Positions 36,951-50,970 of a stretch of 64,000 bases of DNA are shown piece by piece. The stretch covers positions 109,308,001 to 109,372,000 of the forward strand of contig NC_045697.1 of NCBI RefSeq assembly GCF_009834535.1, given 5' to 3'. A program made the translations under genes and the position numbers. A model generated the notes under the pieces. That model saw only the letters and a program-made list of their open reading frames with translations. It was not told the origin of the DNA and ran no database searches. How positions within the stretch are numbered: the first letter of the stretch is position 1; every line of letters starts with the position of its first letter. The stretch is from Camelus ferus. Its lineage: Eukaryota.

Positions 36951-37051
36951 AACATAGTCCCAGATCCCATCACACTTAGTGAGCTGTTTTTCATCCTTTT
37001 ACGGGACTGATGCCGTGAATTATCACGTGGAACTTACACGTAATTACAGTA

Positions 37052-37877
37052 CAGGAGCCCCCCTTATTTGCAAGAGATATATTCCAAGATCCCCTGGTAG
37101 ATGCCTGAAACTGTGGAACGTACTGAATCCTATTTATGCTATGGTTTTTTACTGTATATATATACCTATGATAAAGTTTAACTTATAAATTAGGCACAGT
37201 AAGAGATTAATAACAGTAACTAGGAATAAAATAGAATAGTTAATAACAGTGTGAATATGGTTTCTCTCTCTCAAAATATCTTACTGTACAAATATAATGC
37301 CTTTTCCATCTTAACAAAGCACTCATCATGCACTGTGGCTATAACTTTTGCAGTTTGAGGTGCAAAAGCAAAACTGGCATGAATTTCTTTTTCCTTCTTC
37401 ACAATTTCATGGATAGCAGATTCGTTCTTACCATAGATTTTAGCAACCTCAGTGTATGATTTTTCTTTTTCCTTAGTAAGTTGAGAACTTTCACATTTTC
37501 ACTTAAAGAAAACACTTTACAGCCTCTCTTTGGCATATCCAAATTGCCAGCCTCACTACTCTTAGGCTTTGGGCCATTATTAAGTAAAATAAGGGTCATT
37601 TGAGCACAGGCACTGTGATACCATGACATTAACCCAGTAACCAAGATAGCTAAGAAGTGACTAAGGGGCAGAATATGCTGGACCAAAGGATGACTCATGT
37701 CCCGTGTGGACAGAGCGGGATGGTGCAGGATTTCATCACGCTACTGAGAATGGCACACAATTTAAAACTTATGAATTGTTTATTTCTGGAATTTTCCATC
37801 TAATATTTTCAGACTGTGGTTGACCACAGGTAACTGAAACCGTGGGAACTGAAACCACAGATAAGAGGAGACTACTA
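37052..37877 (-). mobile_element. MER44/Tigger7-family DNA transposon
   Basis: TIR-like ends cccccttatttgc / gataagaggagactac. Minus ORF contains KSSEAGNLDMPKRGCKVFSLSENVKVLNL (Tigger7-like N-terminus). Confidence 0.8.
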
Positions 37878-38884
37878 TATAGGCAGGAAATGAGACTTTA
37901 GGGAAAGGGGCTGTGGACTTGTTTGGGGGTGAAAGGAGGAAGAATCCTGATTGTCTGGAAGATAACAAGAACAGGAAAAGTGAATCAACAGAAGTAAAGT
38001 AAATTAATTTCTCTCTGGAAGTTATGTGAGATTGTGTTTCTTCACAGGGAAATCCTCCTGAAACACCACTTTTTTAAATGATGCTCCTGGGTTTAAGAAG
38101 GTTCATGTTTATAGGAAGTCTTCTTTCAGTCAGTATTCTTCATTACAAGCAGCACTAACTCTGGCTGATGTTAGCAGAAAAGGAATTTATTGAGAGATAT
38201 AAGGTGGACTTGCAGAATCACTGGGAAGAGTGGACACCCAGTTCTAAAAGTGGGCAGGAACTGAGGGAAGGTTCACAGACAGATCACAGCCGAACACACG
38301 ATGAAGCCTGTCTGGTGAGGATACAGTGCCTCAGAGCCCTGAACACCTCACCTAACTGTTGACATTGCTGACCTCAGAAGGTAACTCCACTGGCACTCCT
38401 GGCCCTGGCTGAAGAACCAGATACTGCTACCACCAAAATAAACAAAAAGCCACAGAGAAACCTCTTTCCCAGTTCCCAGTCACAATTCTGGGAGGTACAT
38501 GTGATTGGCCAAACCTGGTCGTGTGCCAGGGGAGCTGGTGAAGTAAATAATTAGGGTTTCTAGTTTTATGGTGGAAAGGGGCTGCCTCCTTTTGGTGCCT
38601 GCAATTTCCCAAAATATGAAGGGGGGTTGGGTTCTGAGTAGCACTTCCTCTCCTCCCATGGTGGATATATACCCAGAAAATAAATCAAGAGAAAAATCTG
38701 GAAAGGAGCACAGAACTTGAAGTCAAAATAACAACAGATATATTGAATACGTACTTTCCTCTGTGTGCCAGGTACTGTTCTAGGCACTTGGAATTCATTA
38801 GTGAACAAAGAATGGAAGCAGGAGACCAGGAAGTTATCAGAAAAATCCAGCTATGAAGTAACAGTGGTTTGAATCAGGTCATAG

Positions 38885-39535
38885 CAGCCCACCTACCCGC
38901 CCTCAGCCTTAGACAACCACTAGTTTATGTTCTGTCTCTATAGATTTCCTTGTACTGGACATGTCATAGGAATGCAATCACATAATGTGTGTCTTTCATG
39001 ACTTGCTTCTTTCATTTAGCAGGTTTTTAAAGTTTGACCATGTTGTAATACGTATCAGTACTTCATCCCTTTTTATGGCCAAATAATATTCCATTCTACA
39101 GATATACTTCATTTTGTTTATCTACACATCAGTTCCTAGCTATTTGTTTTTTTTCTACCTTTTGACTATTATGAATAATGCTATAAAACTTCACATACAA
39201 GTCTTTGGGTGGACATATGTTTTCATTTCTCTTAGGAATTTCTGGGTCATATGATAACATACTTAATTGATTGAAGAACTTCCAGAGTGTTTTCTAAAGT
39301 GGTTGTACCATTTTGCATTCTTACCAGTAGTGTATGAGGGTTCCAGTTTCATCACATCCTTACCAAAACTTGCTAACTTTTTGATTCTAGCCATACTAAT
39401 GGGTATGAAGTGGTTGTATCTCATTATGGGTATGATTATCATTTCCCTGGTGACTAATCATGAGTGTCTTTTCATGTGTTTACTGGCCACTTGTGTATTT
39501 TCTTTGGAGAAATGTCTAATGAGATCATTGGCTCG
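38885..39535 (-). mobile_element. L1MB-type 3' fragment
   Basis: gttctgtctctatagatt..ttttatggccaaataatattccatt..ttctttggagaaatgtcta. Confidence 0.8.
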
Positions 39536-39870
39536 TGACTCATCTCTTAAACATGATGCTACTTTTTTTTTTCCTGCTAGGAAACAACATGCATGTTTAT
39601 CACTCAGCAATGTTTTTTAAACTTAATTATGCAATTAAAAACTTTTTACAGGGTAATTTAGTTTTAGACCTTACTACATTTTCCCGTCTTCATAGATTTT
39701 GTTCTTGCTTTTATCCCCTTTGAAAGTTCCCTTGTCTTTCCTTTCTGCTTAGCCAGTTCTTAACATCTCTCCTCAGGAACCTTCTCAAGCTCCTATAGCT
39801 TACCGTATTCTTGCCGTTCTGTAAACTTGAGTAATATTTTTGGTTTTACCATAAGTAAAATGTGTTCCTT

Positions 39871-40361
39871 TGGCAGATGTGGCTGGTTGCCTATCTAATA
39901 AGCATTGCTACTTCCTTCATTACTAACAAAACACTGTGTTGACGTAGCTGCATGTCCTGCTAAAAAAACGTTAATCTTCCCAGACTCCCTTGCACCCAAG
40001 GACAGCTATGGGAAACAGTTCTAATGAATGAGGTGTAAGTGGAAAACTGGCTTTGAGGTTTATGGGAAAGCATTCACTTTCCTGATGAAAGCAAAACCCT
40101 TTTGTCTTCTTTTCCATGGTATGGACATGAGATCATATTGTGACACCCCCAAGGTAACAAGCATTCGAATGAAGACATTCCCTAAGAATGGCAGGACCTG
40201 GATAAAAAAAGGCTTGGGTCTCTGGTGGCACTTGGACACTGCACTAGCCTTGGACTCCCTTACCTCCGGAGTTCATATTACATAAGAAAATTAAGCCCCT
40301 GTTTAATCTAGTTTTGGTCAAAAACTCTCTTATTTGTAGCTGAATGTATTCCGAATGGATA
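39871..40361 (+). mobile_element. Old MaLR LTR (MLT1J-like)
   Basis: ttcccagactcccttgca..gaggtgtaagtggaa..tatttgtagctgaatgtattcc. Confidence 0.65.
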
Positions 40362-40416
40362 AAATTGCTTTGAAGACTTTTTCTATATAAACATGACTTA
40401 GATCTTATACTAGGAG

Positions 40417-40974
40417 TGTATTGCTGTGGAACAAAACTGTACTCTTAAACTTCATGGCTTAAAGAATCAAACATTTATATCTCACAATTTCTTTGGGTTA
40501 GGAATCCAGGTACAGTTTAGTTAGACTCCAAGTCTCACATGAGATTGTAGTCAAAACTGTTGGCCAGAGCTGCATTCTCATCAGAAGGCTCCTCTGAGAG
40601 AGGATTTTCTTCTGAACTCAATCATAATGGTTATTGGATTTAGTTCCTTGCGGGCGATTGTGCTGAGGTCTTCAGTTCCTTGCAGGCTATCGGAGTGATG
40701 GCCATAATTTCTTGATAGCTTTAGCCAGCTGTCTCCCTCGTTCCTTATATCATGACAGCTGCCTTCCCTCAGAGCAAATGCGTGTGGAGAGGCCAAGACA
40801 GAAGCCACAAGTTTTTTTGTAACTTAATCTTGGAAATGACATCACATCACCTTTGCCTCATTCTGTTCCCTAGAAACAAATCATTAAATTTAGTCCACAC
40901 TTGAGAGATTACACATGGGCATAAATACCAAGAGGCAAAGATCATTGGGATCATCTTAGAAGATACTTATCACA
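40417..40974 (-). mobile_element. MaLR LTR (MLT1F/G-like)
   Basis: tattgctgtggaacaaa..tctcacaatttctttgggttaggaatccagg..gggcataaataccaagagg. Confidence 0.75.
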
Positions 40975-41024
40975 AATTTTTCATTCTTTTAACTTTTCAC
41001 ATGTATAAATCTCTTTGATTATTT

Positions 41025-42215
41025 TTAAAAAGTAGCCTCACTGAGGAATAATTGGGCTACAAAACCCACTCACATTTAAAGTTTATAAACTGACAAGTTT
41101 TGACATATGTATACCTCCACGCAACTATCACTGCAATCAAGATAAGGAGCATACCTTTCACCCCTAAAAGTTTCTTCCTTCCTCTTTTTAATCTCTGTCT
41201 CCTGCCCACCCCCCACGCACACAGATATGCTGCTTCCCCTGCCCATTTCCCCAGGCAACACTGATTGGCTTTCTGTCATTAAACGTTAGTCTGCATTTCT
41301 TAAAATTTTATGTCAGTGGCATCATGCAGTATATACTCTTTTTCCTGGATGCTTTTACTCAGCATAATTAAAGTATATCCATTACTGCCATATATCCTAC
41401 TCATTCGTTTTTATTGCTGAGTGGTATTTCGCTGCATAGATATACTAGAGTTGTTTGTTGATGGACATTGCAGGGTTTTGTTTATTTTAGTTTGAGGTTA
41501 CTGGAAGTAAAGCTTTTAAGAATATTTGTATATAAATCTTTGTATGGACATATGTCTTCATTTAAATTGGGTAAATACCTAGAAATAGAATGGCTGGATC
41601 ATTTGGTAGGTGTATTTTACTTTTCAAGAGACTGCCAGGCTGTTTCTCAAAGTGCTTATGCCATTTTACATTCCCACCAGCCGTGTATAAAAGTTCTGGT
41701 CCCTCCACATCCTCATCAGTACTTGGTATGATACCCATTCCAATAAAATACGTAGTGATATCTTGTGATTTTAATTTTCGTTTCCCAAGGGCCTTAGAAT
41801 GTTGAGCATGTTCACAAGTGTTTGTCATCCATATATCATCATTGATGAAGTATCTATACAAATCATTTGCCTTTATAAAAATTGATACATTTATTTTTAT
41901 TATTACGTTTGGGCAGTTTTTTTGCGTATTCTCGATACAAAATCCTTTATCAGATAAGTGCATTCCAAATGTTTTCTCCCTGAGGAGGGGCTTCAAGATG
42001 GAAGAATAAAAGGACATGGAGCTCACCCTCTGCCACAAATACATCAAAAATACATCTACATGTGGAACAGTTCTCACAGAATACCTACCAAATGTTCTCC
42101 CAGTCTGTGGTTCGCCTTTTCATTTTCTTAACTGTCTTTAAAAGAGCTAAAGTTTTAAGTTTTAGGGAAGTCCAATTTATCAGCTTGTTGCTTTATGGTT
42201 GATGTTTCTGGTGGT
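41025..42215 (-). mobile_element. Old L1 (L1MC/ME-like) 3' region
   Basis: Minus ORF 41562-42077 contains L1 ORF2 C-terminal remnants (EDVE..ELLYTAGGNVKW..IHLPNDPAILFLGIYP). Confidence 0.8.
41981..42087 (+). mobile_element. Isolated L1 5'-terminal fragment inserted with TSD
   Basis: gaggggcttcaagatggaagaataaaaggacatggagctcacc..aaatacatcaaaaatacatctacatgtggaac. Flanked by ccaaatgtt(tt)ctccc. Confidence 0.65.
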
Positions 42216-43841
42216 GTACCCTACCTTCCTCCAGGCATTTATTCATGCCTGAAACTAGGCATAATCGGGTGCTGATTAAGCATTTCTTTGTTGACTTTGT
42301 AATCCAGAGATAATCTGGCCAAATGTCACTTTATTTCTTTGCCTCCGGATTTAGCATAATCTTTACTTAGCAAATGGAGGAGTTCGGCAAACCTTAATAG
42401 AAGAAAGAGATTCTTGCTAGTACAGTGACTATTTTTAATAAGTGAACTTAATATCATTACTTATTTATTCTGAATGATTGAGGAATAAGATGTTCTTATC
42501 AGTTACTGTCAATATACTCCTCTCCCTGCTGGTCTGAGAGTTGTCATCCAATGTATGTTGTGACACACCCCTGTCCCCCAGCCCCATTTACAAGCTGGAG
42601 GTCAAAGCTTACTCTCACACACTTACTCAGAAGTTAGAGTTCAAGTTAGAGGCCAACACATAGGCAGTAGGTCCTATACCTTCTGTTCTAAGCACCACAG
42701 AAGTAAATGACGAGTTAGATTTTGATATGTCATTCGTAAAAGATAGCCTTGGCATTTGCTATAAATAACTTCTTCAAAAGAAAAGAAAATACTCAGTATC
42801 ATTTCACTGACATAAACTTACCTTATTTTTCACTGAAATTTGAGAGGGAATGTCAGTATCATACTAAATCCCTCAACCATGGTTCTGAAGATGACTTATT
42901 TCAGAGAGGCCATATGGCCTAATGGGAAGAGAAGCAGTTAGAAATTAAACATGGATTGAAATCACAGTTTCACGTTTTACTAGTTGGAGTGGGATGAAGT
43001 GAAAAGTGTTCTGTGGCTAACTGCCTGAATGAGTGACAGAGAGAAACATGCTGCAAGAGATGGTGGGTTTTATATAAAGATAGCAGTCCCTCACTTACTG
43101 TTGAATTGAATCAGATTCCAACTCCAGGGTTGCACTGAGGATCAGTTTATTCAACATCTTGCCAAAGTAAAATGTTAACTTCTTCGGAGTTTCTTGTTAA
43201 TTACTTCCAGATTATACAGAGAGGGAGCTCTTAGTTGTATTTTTTTTTCCCTCTCATTCTGTTACACTTTGGTTCTGCCAGTGATTCCAATTATGTACAG
43301 GAATGTATTCGTCTCTTGAGAATAGACATTCTTGTAGTAAGTTTGAAAATTAAATCAGGAAACACATTTTTTTCTCTCATGCCTTTAGGTTATATGTGTT
43401 GATCATCATTAAAGACAGTCTAAAATCCTCATGGGTATAATTTCTGTTTCTCTGTAATATTTTATAAGATAGCAGATAAGCCATCAACTGTGTGGGGGTT
43501 GCATTAACTGCTTCTACAGATTTTCACTGTGTGCCTCCACTGTACACTGTGCTAAGTTCTTTGAGCAATATAAAAATCAAAATATGTGTTTCGTGTCAAG
43601 GTAATTTATACTTTACTTGGTAAGGCAAGATAAATACCTGACATAGTAAATTAACTTTTTAGGAAAGAAAATCTGTATAGTTAAGGAAGACTTCTTAGAA
43701 ATGGTTCTTTTGAGCTGACAGTTGACCAGATCTAGGTGGAGGGAGGCGATTGCCGTGGGAGATGGAGGGCACCGGGATGCTGTTGCTGATAATTGCAGCC
43801 ACGATCTATCGAGCAGTTTGCCAGGTACAGTTTTAAGAGCT

Positions 43842-44150
43842 TGTCTTAGTCCATTCAGGGTTCTGTAACAATATCCTAGATTTGCAAGCTTATAAAGAGA
43901 AATTTATTTCTCAGGGTTCTGGAGGCTGTTCGGGTAAGAGCCCTTTCCTGGGTCACAGACTCCTTGTTGACTCCTCACATGTGGAAGGGGCTGGGTGTCT
44001 CTGCAGCCTTTTATAAGGCTTGAATCCCAGGCTCAAGGGCTCTGCCCTCATGACTTAAGCACCTCACAGAAGCCCCACCTACTGATACCTTTGGGGGTTA
44101 GGATTTCAATGTATGAGTTCTGGAGGGACACACATATTCAGACCAGAGCA
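43842..44150 (-). mobile_element. MLT1A-like solo LTR inside a MIR
   Basis: TG..CA ends. Perfect 5-bp TSD GAGCT (43837-43841 / 44151-44155). MIR continues at 44156-44340. Confidence 0.88.
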
Positions 44151-46296
44151 GAGCTTCTGCGTGCTGTGTATTATTTGATTCTTAAAGCTGCATGAGGTAG
44201 CTATTGTTATGAACTCCCTTTTACGTGTGAGACAACTGGAGACTCCAAGAGGTTAAATAACTTGCCCAAGGTGACAGTATTAGTGGTAAAGCATGATTCA
44301 AATCCAGGCATCCTGACTCTGTAGTCCTTGCTCATAACCACAGATAAACACAACTTAAAAGCAAATTACATTTAGTGGATAGTTGGTCATTGACTTGGAA
44401 AGAATATGCAATTTTTCATTGTATAGAAATGGAGAAATAAGATTGGACATTAGATTGAGGCCATATTATGGATTATCTTAGTGATTGGTTAGCTCTTATC
44501 ATGTACACCAAGCAGGGGAAGTTGAAATTTTTCCTTCCAGAATATTATGGGTTTTTTTTCCTGGTCTAATTGCTTAAAAATTAGATTATAAACTTAGAAA
44601 ATAGTGTTGTTACTTTCTGGTATTAAGCAAAAAAGGTTTTCCCCTCTCTGTATGTGAGTAAGATTTTATCATTAGTGTTGCTGAGAATAATTTAAGGTGT
44701 AGTAATTTATTTTTGCAAGGCTGAAATAAATATTTGGGTTGGGTGAAGAAGTAGTTGTTAACTAGCCTCTAAATATCTGTGACACAGATGCATTCCTCAG
44801 GTTTTTTCAAGTAAATTAGTAACTTCATTGTATGCAAAGATGATGAGTGTGGTAACATATGTTCAAGTCTGGTGGTCTTCTGAAATATATGTAAATATGT
44901 TACGGTATTTGGATGACAGCAGAAGCAGCCATTTTTGGTTCAACGGAAAGTAGAAATGACCAGATCCTTTTCTCATGTCTTTGTTGTGCTTTTGTTATGA
45001 ATTTTAACGTAACTTAAAATGTAATTATATTGTGGAAACTCCCAAGTGAAATGGCATTTTTCTGTGTCCTGAAGAATGTATAGAACTTTATTAAAGGTCA
45101 AGAGATGATTTTTATTTCTTGATAACAGTTTCAAGAATTTTGGCTGAAACTTGCTGATTTTCCCCAGCATGATAATAATTTTAGTGTGTGTATGAGAGAG
45201 ACAAAGAGTCTGTCTGTCTCTCTGTGGTCCTTATGAGTATTCTTTGTAAGGAAAAGCCACACAAAATGCGTTAAACCATTCTTCCAGTCATCCTCTGGTT
45301 CTCATCTTCTTTTGCCCCTTCCAAATAGCTTGCCCTTTATAATGAAGGAACAATCTCAACTTCCAAGGAGTGACTCTGTCCATTTTACCTTGGCTGATAC
45401 TGACGGATGTAGGATGGTGTTCTGCAACGTGTGCAGACCAGGTGAGAGCAGTGTTGTAACTGTGGTGCCTAATTCACATGAAGTCTGGCAGTGTGGGGAA
45501 TAACTGACCAATACTGATTTGAAATGCACACTTTTTGGTTTTTTCCCCAAAAGAACAGCACTTTCAGTATGCTTTTATTTTTGTATTTGTGCCCTTTCCC
45601 TCCTTCCAGGACTCCCCATTCTGACTTGAATGTTTGTTTGCTTCATTGCTGTAGCATCCTGAGTCTAACTCCAGTCTTTCACGTGGTGCTACCGCTGTTA
45701 CTGAACACGGTCTCTCAGTCAGCCTGTACCCTCGGCACCTGGCACAGCTCTTGGCATATGACTGATATCTGACACGTGAATGAGAATTAGGGGAAACAAA
45801 GGATGTGAAGTCAGTCTTTTTTTTTTTTAACATCTTTATTGTGGTATGATTCCTGTACAGTAAACTACACATATTTCAGGTGTATAATTTGATCAAGTCT
45901 GATAGATGTATATAAAGTCAGTCTTAATGATAACAATCCATTGATTCAGAGAATTTCATTAGTGCTGCAGCAAGTCTGTGTAGCAGTTTTTAACTTATGT
46001 TTTTAAAATTTTGTTAAAGGGTCGGAATGTAGAAATCATACTCTTTCTTTTGTTTTCTTGCTCTGCTGAGATCTTCCATAGTTCTTCATCCAAGTTCTGG
46101 TTTGCAGGCCATTCACTACTAAGGGAAGGTAGTTTAGGGGACAGATTTTCTAGGAGTCAGTTTATGATAAGTGTTACATTTTGAAATCTATACTGACTTG
46201 AATTTCAGACATGGTGTATGGGTTTTGGGAGACACTAATAGATTCTCTTAGGATAATTCAGTGATTTTTTTTTTTACCAGTTTTTAAAAATGAGTA

Positions 46297-46777
46297 CAGA
46301 TCTTCTTCCACTTATAGTGGGGTTACATCCGGTAACCCCATGGTAAGTTGAAAATACTGTAAGTCAGAAATACATTTAATACACCTAAGCCACCGAACGT
46401 CATAGTTCAGCGTAGCCTTCCTTATAAGGGCTCTGAGCACTTATATTAGCCTATGGTTGGGCAAAGTCATCTGACACAAAGCCTATTTTATAATTGCTCT
46501 TGTAATTTATTGACTACTGAAAGTGACAGAGTTGTTGCCTGGGTCCAGAGCGGTTGTGAGTGGATCCATCATTCCCCCTCATGACGGCGTGGCTGCCTGG
46601 AGCTACGGCTCACTGCTGCTGCCCAGCGTCAGGACAGAGGATCATACTGCATGTCAGCAGCCCAGAAAAGGTCTGAATTCCAAATTCCAAATACGGTTCT
46701 ACCGAACAATCTTAATGCATAATCATAAAGTAAAAAAAATCATTAGGTCAAACCATTGTAAGTCGGGAACCATCAGT
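46297..46777. mobile_element. MER47/Tigger5-family DNA transposon
   Basis: ta|cagatcttcttccactta..ggggttacatcc..gtaagttgaaaat ... gtaagtcgggaaccatcag|ta TIRs with TA flanks. Confidence 0.8.
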
Positions 46778-48329
46778 ACATAGAATTCTTTATTGCCAAA
46801 ACTGGACAAAGAGTAGGTCCGCTTTTGGGCTATGTGGACAACTTGAAATATTTTCTGAATAAAAATAGGCATTACTTCTATTGAAATTCATTTAGTTCGG
46901 TAAATGTTTGGTGAATACTTGCAGTGGTAGGCCCTGTGACTCATGAAAGGGATGTAATGTTAATTTAGGTCCTCCAGGACCTCACAGTGAGGAGACCCAT
47001 GTCAGCAGATCACTGCAGTATGATGTGATTGTGTGCAGTACGGCAGAGGATGGGAGTACAGAAGAGGGCGAGAGTTAGTCTGCCGAGGAAGGGCTTTACA
47101 GTTAAGGAAGGAGAACTTTACATTGGCTCTGGAAAGATGTATGGGAGTTCATAAGGGAGTCGAGAGTGAATGGCATTCTGGGTACAGAGACCTGTAAGTT
47201 AAGGCAGTATGTACAGCACAGTGGTTTAAGAGAGTGCACTCTACACCCAGACTCTAGATTCAAATCCAACTCCTTCCATTTACTCATAACCTCTGTGCCT
47301 CTGTTTTCTCTTCTAAAAAATGGTCCTGATGTTTCCTACGTCACAGGGTAGTTGTGACAATCAGCTGCCTCCAGTGATGACTAATCCATAGTATGTGCTT
47401 CAGTTCTGTTGCTGTGTGCCGAGACCAGGTGTGTACAGAAGCAGAGAACGTTGGGGGCAGATCTTGAGTTGTTTTGTACTGCTCAGTTGTGTGTGAGGGA
47501 TGAATGAGCAGGTGGACCCTGATCATGAAGGGCTCTGAGTATGTAAGCTGAAGAGTTTTGAGTAGGGAAGTGAGATGATCAGAGCCTTATTTTAGAAAGT
47601 GCTTCTTCTGGAGGATATATAGGAGTGTGCCCTGTGACACTGCCAAACTAGTGGCTGTCCCAGGCCCACTCTGCTCCAGGTAACACAGGCAAGAGTGCTT
47701 CTTTGCACCTCCTCTGCCATGAGGGTGTGGACAATACCTGTGGGGCTGCTGCTTCCCAGGGTTCTAGACAGGAAGTGATAGATTGTCTGTGTTCCTGTAT
47801 CCTCCAGATTTCCTAGAGGCTCTGTAGTTGCACTCCTGTTTCTATAGTTGTAACCAGTCTCATCATGTACTGGAGAGGGAAGATCAGGGCTCGTATCAGA
47901 AACCCTCAACAGTGTTCAGTGTTCTTCCTTTCTTCCCTGCCTCTGTCTTCAAGTTGTCATTTGGAGAAGGCGGTACGGGACTGGTTCTGGCTGGTCCTGT
48001 ATTTTTCTGACTTGAATCTAGACTTTGATTTTTGAAACAGCAAAAAGAAGAAAATTGTCACGATTCTTCTTTGGCTGTCATTGAAGTTGGTTCATGCTCT
48101 ATTAGAGCACTTGTCACACTTGTCATTTATACATCTCCCTCTTGTGTTAGGCCTGAGTGTCTCAAACTAAGAGCCGTATCTTCAACTATCTCTCCCCCAA
48201 ACCTAATATTAATCCTGATAGAAAGTAGGCATTTAACCCTTTAAACAAATGAATGAACACATCAGACCTCTGACCAGCTACTGACCTGTGTTCTGGTCAT
48301 CCTGAAAGTTTTATAAAATGTTTGGTAAA

Positions 48330-48700
48330 GATTGCTTTTGTCTACAAATAGTAGAGTATCTGACTAAGAGTGGCTTAAATAAATGGAAATTAATTTTTCT
48401 CACAAAGTCTTGAGGTGGGGCTCTATTAATGTTGCTCAATGTCTCGGCATCTTTGTGGTCCTCTTGGTCTTTCCTTCATGGTCATGGGGTGGCTGGCACA
48501 GCTCCTCGTGTCATATCCAAAGCAGAATATGGAAGAGGGGAAAGGGAAGTGGTTGGAATGTCTGTCTCTCTTAGCAGGAAAACAAAAGCTTTCCCACAGC
48601 TGTCCAACAGACTTTTCCTTAAATCTGTAGGCTGAAACAGTATTTCACCTCTCTGTAGCGGAAGCTGGGAGTGGGAATGGGTAAGGGAGGAAGGAGGTTG
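48330..48700 (-). mobile_element. Old MaLR LTR fragment (MLT1J-like)
   Basis: gtggcttaaataaatggaaattaatttttctcac..aaagctttcccacag..cagacttttc. Confidence 0.55.
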
Positions 48701-49006
48701 GAAATGGCTTAGATGAGTTAGTTAACCAGAAGGGTTGACACAGGCATAGTGTTATAAATAGGACGTTATTTTATGAGAGTGTAAAGTTCTGTAACTGCAG
48801 CACAATTGATCAGATAATAGTGTTCGGTGGTAATGTAGTCTGTTCTCTGTGAGTACATGGATTATACAGGAAATACTCTGCTTTACCTCTGATTTTTCCC
48901 CCCCGTGGTTGCAGGGGTATTACAGGGCATCAACAAAATAATATTTGTGCTTTGATTTTTCCTTGAAATATGGAAATACTTGGCCAGTTTCTTATTTGTT
49001 GTATAA

Positions 49007-49008
<2 letters not shown>

Positions 49009-49040
<32 letters not shown>
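49009..49040. repeat. Poly(T)32 tract
   Basis: Visible homopolymer. Confidence 0.95.
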
Positions 49041-49043
<3 letters not shown>

Positions 49044-50544
49044 ATTTTTGCTGTACAGGGACATTTTCACTGGTATGTATTCATACTTCTATCAATATTA
49101 TCTGCTAAGGTTTTTCTTTAAATGCCAGAGGTTGTTATTTATTTAATAAATTTTAGTTCCTGCATTGAAAGGTTCTTCTTGATGAAAGATACCATTTTAC
49201 TCTAATACTTTCTTTCAAAGTGGTAATCTTAGCTAAGTATATGCTATATAACTCAAAATGTAGTTTTTTTATTTTCTTGAGGATGCCTCTCTTGAAATTG
49301 TTCTGGACATTGTTTGTTAGTATTTAAAATGTTGACAAATTTAATGTATTAATATGATGCCCAAAGGGGCAGAATTCTCAGTGAAAAACAGGCTTTGCTA
49401 TCCAGATGAGCTGGATTAAACTAGCAACATTGCCAATTACTACCTGGTCAAACTACCTAATCTCTCTGGATCTCAGTTTCTTAATCTGTGAAATGGCAGT
49501 GTCAGCTTCCAGTGAGCTCATGTATAGACTGTGTCCTCTGCAGGCCTGGCTCACTTGGAGACTCTGTTCATAGCAGGTGAGTGACTCTTGACAGTGGAGA
49601 ATACAGGGAGAATGTGTGGCTTGTTCACTTGTAGTTTGTTGCTCGTCACTGTTTTTATATACATAAAGGAAGAAAAAAAATGAAGAAAGTGACAAAAAGT
49701 TTTCAGTGACATTACTTGCTTTTTTAGTTAGCATTGTCAAGTTATGTTCAGTTTGTTAAAATGTTAGTTTTGTAGAAGATAGTGCAACTTACTCTCTCTC
49801 AAAAAAAAATTATATTACCTCTCCGTTGTCAAAGCCCCATATCCCTTAGTTAATGAGAGAGGAATAATTCCATTGTTTTCCTGCAGTAAGCCAGAGGGTC
49901 ATCACCTCATGACATAATCACATTAGAAACTTCCATAATTACACTTAACTGAAGTTCCAGATGGACTTTTCTTAGGAAATTAACCCTGAGAAGTAATGTT
50001 CCAAAATCAAGCCAGTTTTTCCCAGTGGAAATTCTTTCTGTCTTTATTGTATTAGATATAATCTCATCTGATAATTTTCAGTAAGGGTTAAAATTCACTG
50101 CTAGACATTTTAATAATTCCATTCTTGATTTATAATTTTTAATATCTCTTCCAGATAAGAAGGAACTTTTATTTTTGTGGCATTTGATATCTTTAAGTTC
50201 ACATCTGTATCAAAAAGGTAAATAGTTGGCAGCTTTTCATTTCTCCTCTTTAGTAAGCTCCTTCATATTTTCAGTTCTTAAGTAAAATTCCAAGTTCTTT
50301 TAGGAGTTTTAATATTGCATTCTACTTGATGGGAAAGATTGAAAACATTAGGTCTTAGCTCTTCAGACTTTTGCAAGTCTGTGTGTTTTCCATTGGCTTC
50401 CTACTTACCAGCTTTCTCTTCCTCTCCTTGATTTTTCCAGTATCTGAATTTGAAATTTCCTCCAATACTCACAGTGCTGAGAAAGCAACACCACACTTTT
50501 GGCAGACTCTCATTTTCTGTCTGTCACTGTGTTTCGTCTGTTTA

Positions 50545-50970
50545 TTTTTTGAGATTCTACTGTGGGCCAGGCACTGCTCAGGGGGCTTGGGACATGTGTC
50601 AGTGAGCAAAACAGACAGAGATCCCTGCCTTTGTGGAGCTCACATTCTAGAAGAGGGAGAAATCTATTTAAATAAAAATAGATTTAAAATAAGAAAGAGT
50701 AGACCTTCTTCAGAAAGTGGGATTTGAGAGGAGAAGGGGTAAACCTTGTGAATATCTTGAGAAATATCCCAGAGAGGGACAGAGAAAGCAGCCAACATAA
50801 AGGCATTAAAACACCAGCATAGTTTAAGAAACATCAAAGAGGCCAGTGTGGCTAGAGTAAGTATAAATGAAGTGGAGTAAGAGAACTTAGATCAGAGCGA
50901 TAAAGGGATGTCAGGCCATCCATAATATCACACGGTTTTTATCCTGAGAGAAATGGGGAGCCATTCAGAA
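50545..50970 (-). mobile_element. L2 fragment
   Basis: ctactgtgggccaggcactg..gtgagcaaaacagacagagatccctgcc..gaggccagtgtggctagag. Confidence 0.75.

Noticed and set aside
42338..42391. Imperfect hairpin (tttgcc..ggcaaa) as a pre-miRNA
   Set aside because: Pairing needs many bulges, and the sequence looks like a decayed MIR core.
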